NCBI RefSeq assembly: GCF_963921235.1
Contig: NC_086109.1
Span: 14,634,001 to 14,698,000 of the forward strand
Direction of reading: 5' to 3'
DNA length: 64,000 nt
Source of the DNA: Mobula hypostoma
Taxonomy: Eukaryota
Part shown: piece by piece, positions 50,297 through 62,564 of the stretch
Numbering within the stretch: position 1 is the first letter of the stretch
How the letters are laid out: every line of letters begins with the position of its first letter
Position numbers and translations under genes: made by a program
Notes under the pieces: generated by a model
The model's database searches: none
Seen by the model: only the letters and a program-made list of their open reading frames with translations
What the model was told of the DNA's origin: nothing

Positions 50297-50838
50297 CATC
50301 TTTAACATCTGTCGGATGATGCTGAGGATGTTCTATGAGGCTGTGGTGACCAGTGCTATCATGTTTGCTGTTGTGTGCTGGGGCAGCAGGCTGAGGGTAG
50401 CTGACACCAACAGAATCAACAAACTTATTCGTAAGGCCAGTGATGTTGTGGGGATGGAACTGGACTCTCTCATGGTGGTGTCTGAAAAGAGGATACTGTC
50501 CAAGTTGCATGCCATCTTGGTCAATGTCTCCCATCCACTACATAATGTACTGGGTGGGCATAGGAGTACATTCAGCCAGAGACTCATTCCACCCAGATGC
50601 AGCACAGAGCGTCATAGCAAGTCATTCCTGCCTGTGGCCATCAAACTTTACAACTCCTCCCTTGGAGGGTCAGACACCCTGAGCCAATAGGCTGGTCCTG
50701 GACTTATTTCATAATTTACTGGCATAATTTACATATTACTATTTAACTATTTATGGTTCTATTACTATTTATTATTTATGGTGCAACTGTAACGAAAACC
50801 AATTTCCCCCAGGATCAATAAAGTATGACTATGACTAT
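50297..50838 (+). mobile_element. Young Rex1/Babar-like LINE 3' end with (TATGAC)n tail, nested in an older minus-strand tail
   Basis: MLRMFY..VV.SAI.FAVVCWG......NR.NKLIRKA..V.G...HPLH...R...PRC.TERH.KSFLP.AIKLYN. Confidence 0.85.
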
Positions 50839-51382
50839 AAGTAATGAGATAAAGAGCTCTTAAAGTGAGATCAGTGGTTGCGGGAACATCTCAAAGGATA
50901 AACAAGTGAGTGTAGTTAACCACTTTGTTCAAGAGCCTGATGGTTGTGGAATTAAGAAATACAAGATGAAATCTGATTGAAACATAAAGTTACTAATAGA
51001 TACAAGGAAGATGCTTCCCATAGCTGGTGCCTAGAAGAAGGGGGATACAAAGTACAGATTTAAGATGAAGTAGAAAAGGAATGTCTTCACTCAAAGAATG
51101 GAAAACTTGTGGAATTGAGATCAGGAGATCTCAGAGACAAAACTGCTCATTGTGTTTAAGAAGGAGGTTTACAGTAAGGGGTATGAGGAGAGAGTGGGAG
51201 TACAGGAATATGATGGGTTTATTCATTTACACACGACAACATGTCAACTTCAACCTTTCCTCTGCAGTAATTCACTTTCTTGATCACAGAACAACGGTAA
51301 ATGATGGCTCAGTATATGTGTGTTTAATGTATTCACCTCTATTATGACTCATAGAGTTATCTTAGAATAAATTCTGCTCATT

Positions 51383-51982
51383 ATTGAATTGAACTGAATT
51401 GACTTTATTACTTACATCCTTCACATACATGAGGGGTAAAAATCTTTATATTATGTCTCCATCTAAATGTGCAATGTGCAATTTATGGTAATTTGTAATA
51501 AATGGTATGTACAATAGGACAGACAATATAACATAGAAATACAATTGTATCAGCATGAGTTAATCAGTCTGATGGCCTGGTGGAAGAAGCTGTCCCAGAG
51601 CCTGTTGGTCCTGGCTTTTATGCTGCGGTACCGTTTCCCGGATGGTGGCAGCTGGAACAGTTTGTGGTGGGGGTGACTCGGGACCCCAATGATCCTTCAG
51701 GCCCTTTTTACACACCTGTCTTTGTAAATGTCCTAAATAGTGGGAAGTTCACATCTACAGATGCGCTGGGCTGTCCGCACCACTCTCTGCAGAGCCCTGC
51801 GATTGAGGGGAGTATAGTTCCCATACCAAGAAGTGATGCAGCCAGTCAGAATGCTCTCAATTGTGCCCCTATAGAAATTTCTTAGGATCTGGGGGCCCAT
51901 ACAAAACTTCCTCAACTGTTTGAGGTGAAACAGGCGCTGCTGTGCTTTTTTCACCACACAGCCGGTATGTACAGACCAAGTG
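51383..51982 (-). mobile_element. Young Rex1/Babar-like LINE, same subfamily as 47087
   Basis: (ATTGA)n tail on plus; KKAQQRLFHL.QL.KF......LRNFYRGTIESILTGCIT.WYG. Confidence 0.85.
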
Positions 51983-52059
51983 CATTCTTTGGAAATGCAT
52001 GCCGGGCACTGAGTATAAAAATTGGGATGATACATCGTAGTGGTACAACATGATGGTGA

Positions 52060-52345
52060 GGCCTGATAGAAGAGGTAGGTAGAGGATGAAACAAAAGGAA
52101 GGAGATGGGTTGGGCAGATGGGACACGGGACCCAATGGAGGGAGTGTGTAGATGATGAGTAGATGGATGAAGGGAAAGAGACAGGGTGATGGGGGAATAG
52201 ATTGATCAGAAGGAGAGAGAAAAAAAGGACAAGAGAACAGTTTTCAGGAAGGTGAGGAATTCCGTGTTTCTGCTGCTGGGTTGTAAACTACCCTGGCAGA
52301 ATTCAAGATGCTTTTCTTTACATTTAGCCGCATCTCAACAGTACT
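52060..52345 (-). mobile_element. Old PLE 3' fragment
   Basis: Purine-rich tract, then ctgggttgtaaactaccc (antisense GSLQP). Confidence 0.55.
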
Positions 52346-53594
52346 GTTCCTTATGGATTTGGGACATTAAACTTTTTTTCTCTATAAGCAAGAAAGCCCA
52401 ACTTGCTGCATTAATGAGTCATCTGAGCTTTAGCCTCTAAGAGGAAATGACACCTATGTCATGGGAATGTAATTCTGTTAAGATTCCAATTCCATGGGCA
52501 TCCAACCAAAACAAAAATATTATTCAATTCAATAGATTACATTCCACATTTGGCACCCTACACTCCCAATCAAACATGAACAATAATTATTTTTGTAGAA
52601 TCATCCATCAACACCTACACATCTCCACTTCTTTAACAAGCTGCTGGATCAGTTCTAATCTTTCCATGAACAAAATACCAACTGACATTGATAAGAATTT
52701 GGTCCAGAAAATACTATTATAATAAATTCAAGTTCTACTTGATACTTCTATTTTGATATGTGGGCTCTCTCTAACCCCGCTACATTGTTGAAGCTCAAAA
52801 AACATTGAAGAACTAAGCAAACATTCTTTTGCAATTCCTGTGAGCTTCTGCTCAATTTAGTCAATTTGTCCTTCTGCTGCAATACTATGAATTATACCAC
52901 ATAACTGAATGTTTACACAGGCCCGAACACACATCTCTTGAAGATGTCTTAACACACTTCAGTGAAAGAAACACGTTTGCACAGATGAAAAAAAACAACC
53001 TCTCTCTCTCTCCGTCATTAGGGAGAGAGAGCCTGTCTGAGATACCGAAGTGTTGGGTTATAGACTATAGCTTTTGATGGACTCTAGATCAGGGTCTCTT
53101 TGGGGAATTTTGCTATTGCTTGCATGACAGGGGGTGGTTTGATGCTTTTGCAGGTGCAAGTGGGGGAGGGTTGTTGCTTCTGCATGCTGCTTGTACGTGC
53201 AAGGGGGGAAAGCTTTGGGGTTCTGGTGTTTTAGTCATTCATTGTTTGGGTATTTTTATCGTTTTGTGGATGTCTGCACAGAGTAAGAATTTCAGGTTGC
53301 ATACTGGATACAGTCTCTGATATTAAATTAAACCATTTGAACAGAACAGCAGACGTTGGAAATCTAAACTAAGAATAGAAAATGGTAGAAATACTCAGCA
53401 GCTCAGGCCACCTCTGTGGGAAGTGAAACAAACATGGTATTCGGGTTGAAGATCCTTCATCAGATCTGGGAAGGAGAAAAAAAAGATGAAACACCTATTT
53501 GTGAATCTGGCAAGTTCACTTGACAGCTGCTCAAATTACTCTGGGATCACCTGACAAAATTTTGATCCATCAGTGGGACCCTGCAACACAATAT

Positions 53595-54228
53595 CAAGTC
53601 AAGTCAGGTTTACTGACATTTAACTATATACATGTACATGTATATAATCACATAATGTATATACAAACGTAGAAACGAGACACCTTTTCTCTAAACCAGG
53701 GTGTAATGCACATTAGTACATATAACACACAATAATTACGAAGGTAAGGATAAAATCTACAGATGACTCACACATAAATAACAAACTGAAGTGCCTTAAT
53801 ATTAGACATTGTAAGGTACGGAACAGATTAACCAGTGATACTTCGAATATGATGTGGCAGGGAGTTCAGAAAGCCTAATGGCCTGAGAGAAGAAACTGTT
53901 TCCCATCCTGAACATTCTTGTCTTTATGCATCAGGGTCTCCTGCCTGATGGTAGAAAGTGAAAGAGGATGCTGGATGGATGGGTGGGATCCTTAATAATA
54001 CTAAGGGCCCCGGATACACAGCACTCCTCATAAATGTCCCTGATGGACGGGAGGGAGGCCCCTATGATCCTCTCAGCTGTTCTCACAGTCCTTCGTAGGG
54101 ACTTCCAGTCCGATGCTCGGCTGCTCCCATACCAGATGGAGATGTAACGTGCCAGAACACTCTCAATAGTGCTCCTGTAAAATGCAGTTAAGATGGGGGT
54201 GAGAGCCTTGCTTGCCTCAATGTTCTTA
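53595..54228 (-). mobile_element. Rex1/Babar-like 3' region
   Basis: tcaagtcaagtca tail; cctaatggcctgagagaagaaactgtt is the antisense of NSFFSQAIR. Confidence 0.75.
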
Positions 54229-54722
54229 TATGTGGAAGCTAACTCCCCAGTCCAAAGCTAATAGGCTCAAGAGGGTGGCATGGTAGCGTGGTAGTTAGCA
54301 TGACATTTTTTGTGCCAGTATTCCTACTGCTGTCTGTAAGGAGTTTGTACAATCTTCCTATGACTGCATGGGGTTCCTCTGGGTGCTCCAGTTTCCTCCC
54401 AAAGAAGCTTCAAAGGCATACTGGTTAGGGCTGTGGGCATGCTATGTCGGTAACAGAAGCATGGTGATATTTGTAGGCTGCCCCCAGCACAGACATGGAC
54501 TGCATTGGTTGTTGGCGCAAACAATGCATTTCACTGTATGTTTTGATGTGCACATGACAAATAACGCTCATCTTTAATTTTTAACCTTTCCCATGCCTCT
54601 GTACAAGTTGGTGGGTGGTGAAGAGGAGGATGTGTAAGACGGCTCTACGGGGAATGGAAATCCAATGCCAGAGATGTTTCCGAGAGTACAAAGCCAAAGT
54701 GAATTTATTATCAAAGTACATA

Positions 54723-54778
54723 CACTCAGTGGCCACTTTATTAGGTAACTCCTGGACATAATAAGTGGCCACTGAATG
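54723..54778. mobile_element. 56-bp Tc1/mariner-type miniature inverted repeat
   Basis: TA|CACTCAGTGGCCACTT...AAGTGGCCACTGAATG hairpin inserted at a TA in a LINE tail. Confidence 0.7.
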
Positions 54779-55726
54779 TGTGTTGCCATATACTAGCTTG
54801 AGATTCATTACAATAGAATTGATGAAAAACTATACATTAACAAAGACTGACAAACAACCACTGTGGAATGGAGACATCATGCAAACAATAATAATAAAGT
54901 AAATAAATAACACTGAGAATATGAGTTTTAGAGTCATTTAAAGTGAGTCCATGGGTTGTGGAATCAGTTCAGTGTTGAGGTGAGTGAAGTTATCCATGCT
55001 CGTTCAGGAGCCTGATCGTTCTAGGGTAATAACTGTTCCTGAACCTGGTGGTGTGGGACTTAAAACTCCTCCTATACCTGCTGCCTGATGGTGGTAGCAG
55101 GAAGAGAGCGTAGTCTGGATGCTGGGGGAGGGGTCCTTGATGATAGTTGCTGGACATGCGTCTCATTTCTCATCTTCCCAAAAGATTTGCAAATTCACTT
55201 CTGCAACTTTATTTAAGGATCACTGAGAGTATTAGGCCCCAAATCCCATCTAATCTTTCCTTTGACTTGATCAAACAAAAGGATTTTCTTTTACAAAAAT
55301 AATTCTTTTATGTATTGTATTTCCTGAAGGATCCCACCCGCGTTGCTCATGTCCCACTCCCGTCAGGGAAGAGGCTATGTAGCATCCGTGCCAGGACTAC
55401 CAGACTCAAAAAAGTTACTTTTCCCAAGCATTAAGGCTGATCTTCACCTCCACCCACTAACCCACCCCTCTACACCCCCAACCACCATTACTTCATCATT
55501 TCCTGTCAGAGTCACCTTATGTACGGACACTCATGTGCCTAGCACCACTTTACGTATATATAATCAAACCAATCGATGTATTTATATTTATTGTATTCTT
55601 TTTATTACTATCTTCTTTATCTGTGTGTTTTTTATGCTGTATCAGATCCAGAGTAACATATATTTTGTTTTCCATTACACTTGTGTACTGGAAATGACAT
55701 TAAACAATCTTGAATCTTTACCAATG

Positions 55727-56300
55727 CAGACATCCCATCTCTCCCGGAAGTTCCAGGAGTCTCCCGCATATTAATAGTGGCTCCCTCAAGCCCGCAAATT
55801 ATATACAATATCCTGGAAATCAATTTTTTTTTGAGAGGGAGCGAGCGAGAGAGCGCGAGAGCGAGAGAGCAAGAGAGAGCGTGAGAGAGAGCGAGAGAGT
55901 GAGCGTTAAAGAGACCACAAGAGAGAGAGAACACGAGAGCGAGAGCGCACCATGGCAGAGTGTTCCAAAAAAAATATAAAACGTACGTCACCCCAGACTA
56001 CCCTAAAGTGTACCCCTACCTAATAGGGGTCAAAAATAATGACAGTGTTGCTCGCTGCACTGTTTGCAACAGTGACTTTTCTATTGCCCATGGTGGGTTA
56101 AGACTGTAAAAGACATGTTGAGGTGAGTTTAACAGGTGTCATTCGTTCATTAGCATAGTTAACGTTATTTAAACTAGCTGGCTAGCTGTTAAGGAGTTAC
56201 TCTATTGCAGACATCGCACCTCTCCCGGAAGTTCCGGGAGTCTCCCGCAAATTGATGTTGCTACCTCCCTGAAATGAGTTTTTGCAGGGTGGGATGTCTG
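55727..56300 (+). mobile_element. BED-exon MITE copy 2 (complete)
   Basis: TIR CAGACATCCCA...TGGGATGTCTG; perfect 6-bp TSD CCAATG (55721-55726, 56301-56306). Confidence 0.92.
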
Positions 56301-57378
56301 CCAATGTAATGAATCCAAGGACTATCCATAGTTGGCTTTTGGAAGTAATCTTGAACATCTTACAAAGCAATTCTTCGAACACAGTGAAGTCATCAGCAAA
56401 TGAGTGATGTGCTTTGCAGTAAAAAATTCACAACATGCACACCTTTCCAGTAAAATATCAAAGTAATTATTCTAGTTCCCCTGGGACTTTATGGGGAATG
56501 CTCTGTACAAGCTTAACCCTACAGAGGTCAATAATAGGGTTAGAAAAGATGCTTCTATGAGTTATTGGATTGTACAGCTGGGATTTCTTGCATATCGGAA
56601 CCCCTTTGGCTGCTTGACTGAATTCTGGAAATCATGTGATTTTGAGGAACAGATGGATTCGCAAGGAAAATGAAAATCACAAATAAGAACCCAACTTTGT
56701 AGAAATGTAAGACACAGCACCCACTGCAACTGGGGAGGCAACCTGCTCAGTAAATAAAATAGCCATATCACTCTCCAAGTTACAACTCACTAGTGCTAGC
56801 GCAAGTATTACAAAGAGGTGCATTTTTATTCTTCATCTGATACTACTCTACATTCTGCAGTACTAATAGATATTACTAGAATTCATCAAGAATTCTGTAT
56901 TTTATTTTGAACTGCAGCACAGTAACAGTCCACGCCGTACACTTACCCCCATGTGAACAATTAACTTACTCGCCCATATACGCCTTTGGAACGTGGGAGG
57001 AAACCAGAGCACCCAGAGGAAATCTACGCAGTCATGGGAAGAACATGCAAACTCCTTACAGGGAGCTTTGGGAATTGAACTAATTTTATTTTATTATTGG
57101 TTAGGAATTACTTTGCGCATAGCAGTGCCATTAGATCTGATTATTGATTGTGGAGTACTGTTATTAGATATTATTCATTGGGGATTATTGCGTGTGTAAC
57201 AGCATTATTAAATCTTATTACTGATCGGGCTTTACTTGGGTGTAGTGGTGCTCGGAGATCAGGAATTACTGCTTATGCAGCGGTGTTATTAGATCTTATT
57301 AAATGGGGAATGCTGAACGTGTAACAATGTTGACGGCATCTGGGGGCAACATGCAAAACGCTGGAGGAACTCAGGAGG

Positions 57379-58232
57379 AATTGAATTGAATTGACTTTAT
57401 TTCAATGTGCAATTTATAGTAATTTGTAATAAATAGTATGTACAACAGGACAGTCAATATAGCTTAGCAATTCAACTGTGTCAGCATGAATTAATCAGTT
57501 TGATAGACTGGTGGAAGAGGCTATCCCAGAGCCTGTTGGTCCTGGCTTTTATGCTGCAATACCGTTTCTCGGATGGAAGCAGCTGGAACAGTTTGTGGCC
57601 GGGGTTCCTTCGGGCCCTTTTTGTGCGCCTGTCACTGTAAATGTCCTGAATAGTGGGAAGTTCACATCTACAGATGCGCTGGGCTGTCCGCACCGCTCTC
57701 TGCGGAGTCCTGCAATTGAGGGAAGTACAGCTCCCATACCAGGCAGTGAAGCAGCCGGTCAGGATGCTCTCAATTGTGCCCCTGTAGAAAGTTCTTAGGA
57801 TCTGGGGACTCTTGCCAAACTTCTTCAGCTGTCTGAGGCGAAAGAGGCGCTGTTGTGTTTTTTCCACCACCAGACAGCCAGTATGTACAGACCAAGTGAT
57901 GTGTTTACCAAGGAACTTGAAGCTCTTCATCCTCTCAACCCCAGATCCACTGATGTCAATAGGGGTTAGCCTGTCTCCATTCCTCCTGCAGTCCACAACC
58001 AGCTCCTTTGTTTTTGCGACATTGAGGGAGAGGTTGTTTTCTTGACACCACTGTGTCAGGGTGATGACTTCTCTGCAGGCTGCCTCGTTATTATTTGATG
58101 TAAGGCCAATCAATGTAGTATCATCTGCAAATTTAATTAGCAGATTGGAGCTGTGGGTGGCGACACAGTCATGGGTGTACAGAGAGTAAAGGGGAGGGCG
58201 TAGGACGCAGCCCTGGGGCGCTCCTATGTTGA
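57379..58232 (-). mobile_element. Young Rex1/Babar-like LINE (ORF2 C-terminal ~250 codons) inserted in a PLE repeat
   Basis: ORF 57481-58113 WCQENNLSLNVAKTKELVVD...FKFLG...; the KFADDT motif lies just upstream at ~58120-58135. Confidence 0.9.
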
Positions 58233-58430
58233 AGGCAGCATCTATGGAAATAAACAGTCAACGTTTCAGGCTGAGACCCTTCATCAGGACTGGAAAGGAA
58301 GTGCGGGGGGGGGGGGGAAATCCAGAAGAAGCTGGTGGGGGGAGGGGAAGGAGTACAAGCTGGAAGGTGATAGGTGAAGCCATGTGAGGGGGAAGGTGGG
58401 TGGTTGGGGGAAGGAGAGATGAAGTGAAAA
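58233..58430 (-). mobile_element. PLE 3' repeat (its other half is at 57345-57378)
   Basis: gctggaggaactcaggagg|LINE|aggcagcatctatgg. Confidence 0.8.
58256..58291 (-). ncRNA. Minimal hammerhead ribozyme
   Basis: AGUC-CUGAUGA-AGGGUCUCAGCCU-GAAA-CGUU-GACU. Confidence 0.7.
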
Positions 58431-59259
58431 ATTGCTCTTTTTTCTCCCCCATCACTAGCGTTAAGATCTTAATATTCCTATCGCAAACAATTTCAGGAGG
58501 GACTCAGCTGGCCAAGCAGCATTTGTTGGCGGCAAGGTTAAGAATCACTGATATTTAGGTCTGAAATCCAGAACTCCCTGAACTGCATTAGTGTCACGCT
58601 AAACGCTACACTACCGTGGCATCCTTTGCCTCCCCCCCACCCCCCGCATAGACACTGCTGAACTTGCAAAGTTCCTCCAGTGTTGCCTCAGATTCCAACA
58701 CCTGCTGTCTCTTGCTTAATATCCATTCACACAGGGCAAGGTGTCAACTTCAGATATTCCTCTGTAGTTTTTTGTTAAAAGCTATGTGATATTTTTTCAC
58801 TTTGTTGATCACTGAACAATGGTAGATGATTGCTCAGTATTTGTGTGTTTAATGCAATCACCTCTATTATGACTCAATGAGTTGCCATAGTCACAGCTGG
58901 CAAAGAAACAGTAGTAGGATTGGTCCCTTGATCCTTAACGCTGCAAACAACACATAGCTGCTCTGTGAACTAGCACTTAACTGAAATTGACGTCCTTAAT
59001 TTTAACACTTTTAACTGGCCCCCGCTAGTGGAACGGCCACCGCAGAGCTCCAGTGATCTGAGTTCATTCCTGACCTCCAGTGTTGTCTGTGTACAGTTTG
59101 CACATTTTTCCCTGTGCCCATGTAGATATCCTCTATCTGCTCCCACGTCCTAGAGAAGTGTAAATAGGCTGTGGCTGGTGTCTGGCTGAGTGCTAAAATC
59201 TAGGGCTAGTTGGTGGGAGTGTGGGGAGAATAAAATAGGAAAATAGGTTTAGTGTAAAT

Positions 59260-60440
59260 AAGACCATAAGATATAGGAGCAGAACTAGGCCATTTGACTC
59301 ATCGAATCTGTTCCACCGTTTCATCGTGGCTAATGCATTTTCCTCTCAGCTCTAATCTCCCCGTATCCCTTCGTACCTGACTAATCAAGATTCTATCAAC
59401 CTCTGTCTTAAATATACCCAATGACAGTCTTCACAGCTGCCTGTAGCAACACATTCCACAGATGCACCACTCTCTGGCTGAAGAAATGCCTCTTCTCTAT
59501 TCTAAATGGATGCCCCTCTATTCTGAGGCTGTGTCCTCTGGTCCTAGATTCCCCCACCAAAGGAAACATCCTTTCCACATCTACTCTATCAAGGCAGACA
59601 TCCCACCCTGCAAAAACTCATTTCAGGGAGGTAGCACCATCAATTTGCAGGAGACTTCTGGGAGAGGTGGGATGTCTGCAATAGAGTAGCTCCTTAGCAG
59701 CTAGCCAGCTAGTTTAAATAACATTAGCTATGCTAATGAACGAATGGCACCTGTTAAACTCACCTCAACATGTCTTTTACAGTCTTAACCCACCATGGGC
59801 AATAGAAAAGTCACTGTTGCAAACAGTGCAGCGAGCAACACTGTCATTATTTTTGACCCCTATTAGGTAGGGGTACACTTTAGTGTAGTCTGGGGTGACG
59901 TATGTTTTATATTTTTTTGGAACACTCTGCCATGGCGCGCACTCGCTCTCTCTCTTTCTCATGGTCGCTTGCTGCTCTCACACTCTCTCTCTCACACTCT
60001 CTCTCGCTCTCTCTCTCGCTCGCGCTTGCTTTCTCTCTCGCGCTCTTGCTTGCTTTCTCTCTCGCTCTCTTGCTCTCTCTCGTGGTCGCTCTCTCTTGCT
60101 TTCTCTCGCTCACTCGCTCTCAAAACAATTGATTTCCGTGATATTGTATATAATTTGAAGTATTGAGGGAGCCACTATTCATATGCGGGAGATTCCCGGA
60201 ACTTCTGGGAGAGGTGGGATGTCTGTCAAGGCCTTTCAGCATTCGATAGATTTCAATGAGATCCCCCCTCATTCTTCTGAATTCCAGTGAGTAGAGGCCC
60301 AGAGCCATCAAATGCCTGTCATGTCATAAGACCCTCAATCCTAGAATCATTTTCGTGAACCTCCTTTGCGCCCTCTCCAATGTCAGCGCATCCATTCTTA
60401 GATAAGGGGCACAACACTCCAAGTGAGGCCGCTCCAGTGC
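59260..60440 (-). mobile_element. CR1 3' region split by MITE copy 3
   Basis: agaccataagatataggagc tail; LGLYSLEFRRMRGDLIE.Y.MLKGLDR continues across the MITE. Confidence 0.85.
59595..60225 (-). mobile_element. BED-exon MITE copy 3 (complete)
   Basis: TIR CAGACATCCCACC...GGTGGGATGTCTG; perfect 6-bp TSD TCAAGG (59589-59594, 60226-60231). Confidence 0.92.
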
Positions 60441-61189
60441 CTTACGGACCTGTTTCTGCGACACATCACTCCACAGTTCAACACATTAGGTGGAAGAGCG
60501 TCCAATTGCCAAACCTTCGTTTGAAATGAAATGTTCTTAGATATCAGTCTTGACTTGTTTACAACTAAATTTCCCAGACTCCCTTACTAGAGGAAATAGT
60601 CCCTCTCTATCAAACCCATCAAATTCTTTTATTCAGATTAAGTACCACAAAGAGATCAGTGTTAATCTTGCCTATTCAAAGGGATACAAGCCTTGGCTAT
60701 GCAGCCAGTTCTCCCCTTAATCCTCACTGCACTCGCCTCTAAAGCTGAGTCTACTTGGGGCACCGTGCCCTGGACTGTCCTGTCAAAACTCAGTGCAGCT
60801 GTTGTACCATTCCAGCCCTTTGGATTCCGGACAAGCGCCAACATAGCAATTTATCACTGTTACAAAGAGTTGAAGGAAAATACCCCTAACATGTAAGAAC
60901 TGTTTCAAAGCCAGCCACACACACAAATCAGGGAGGATTTGGGCTGTAATGAATGTCATACACACACACACACAAGACAATTCAGGGTGCCGAAGTACCT
61001 TGCAAAAAGGGTAAAGGGGCCTTTCTATGATGCAAGAACACAGCTGTGAAATTTTACCAGTATCTCATATAGCTTGATACACCCTGTGCCATACAATACC
61101 TTCTTTGATGGACTATTAAATCCAATAAAACACACTGGATTATGGTTTATTAAAACTAAATCACAACAGTATCACACTGAAAGATCACT

Positions 61190-61610
61190 CTTCTCCATTC
61201 TAAGATTTCTCTCACTTCCAAAAATTTCTTTCCCCTCCCCCTCCTCTCCTTTTCCACTCTGGCTCCATTTTCACCCCTTCTCTTTTCCTCACATGCCAAC
61301 TGCCTCTCTTCTGGCACCCCACCTCCTTCCCTTTCTCCCATGGTCCACTCTCTTCTCCTATCAGGTTCCTTCTTCTTCAGGCCACCTATCACCTCCCAGC
61401 TTTTCACTTCATCCCCCCTCCCCCATCGACCCATCTTGCCCCCATCACCTTCCACCTTGTACTACTTCCCCTCCCCCACCTTCTTATTCCGGCCTCTTCC
61501 CCCTTCCTTTCCAGTCCTGATGAAGGGTCTCATCCCAAAACATTGACTCTTTATTCCTCTCCATAGATGCTGCCTGACCTGCTGAGTTCTCGCAGTTTGT
61601 GTGCGCTGCT
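61190..61610 (+). mobile_element. PLE 3' region with decayed hammerhead
   Basis: Pyrimidine-rich tract; agtcctgatgaagggtctcatcccaaaacattgact. Confidence 0.75.
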
Positions 61611-62009
61611 CTTCATTCTAAAACGTTTTGTTTCAAAGCGAACCTAAACAGAATCTTGAGTTATCACTTTGTTATATATAAAAAAATACTTAGTATACTG
61701 CTGGGAGCATTAGGGATGTCCCATTAGTTGCTTTAAGATCAGTACAAAATTTAAATGGTCAGCCATCAAGTTACTAAACGGAAACTGACAAGCGTGTTGA
61801 TTTCACAAGTGAGGCAACAGATGAACACAGGACACCTGGCTGTGATTACTCTGTAGGAATCAGTTTCCAAATGTCACTCCTGATACAGTTCTAATTAACT
61901 TGGACCAGTAACTCAGGGCTGTTGCAGATTTTTTTTTTTTACAATGTATGTCCTGAGAAAAGTTAGGTTAGATCAGTTACCGGAACGATTGCACAGAGAG
62001 TGCCTAGGT

Positions 62010-62455
62010 GGATGTAAGAGTGTTTGATGGTTCTGGGCCTGTATTCACTAGAACTCAGTAGAATGAGGGGTGACCTCACTGAAACCTATCACATGGTGGA
62101 AGGCCTTGATAGTGTGGATGTGGTAAGGATGTTTCCCTATGGTGGGAGAGTCCAAGACCAGAGCCTCAGAATAGGGGGGGCGTGCTTTTAAAACGGAGAT
62201 GAGGAGGAATTTCTTTAGCCAGAGAGTGGGGAATCTGTGGAATTCTTTGCCACAGGCAACTGAGGAGGCCAAGTCTTTATTTATATTTAAGACAGAGGTT
62301 GATAGATTCTTGATTGGTCAGGGCATGAAGGTCTATGGGAAGATGGCAGGATATTGGACTGAGAGGAAAATTGAATCAGACGTGATGAAATGGCAGAGTA
62401 GACTTGATGGGCCAAATGGCCTAATTCTACTTCTATATCTTATGGTCTTATGGTA
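62010..62455 (+). mobile_element. CR1 3' region
   Basis: MRRNFFSQRV.NLWNSLPQ..EAKSL.IFK.EVDRFL followed by a tcttatggtcttatgg tail. Confidence 0.85.
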
Positions 62456-62564
62456 ATGCTCATGTTACAGGATTAGAGGCTTCATTTCTACCCTTGCCAC
62501 TTGATATAACCCAGTGACTTGCTAGTCAAGTTAAAACTAATTCCATGATATGTTTTGACACCTT

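Noticed and set aside
55830..55950. Arg/Glu- or Ser/Leu-rich ORFs
   Set aside because: Translation of the (GA/GC)n microsatellite inside the MITE
57481..58113. 210-aa ORF as a functional gene
   Set aside because: 5'-truncated LINE ORF2 remnant with internal deletions relative to sister copies
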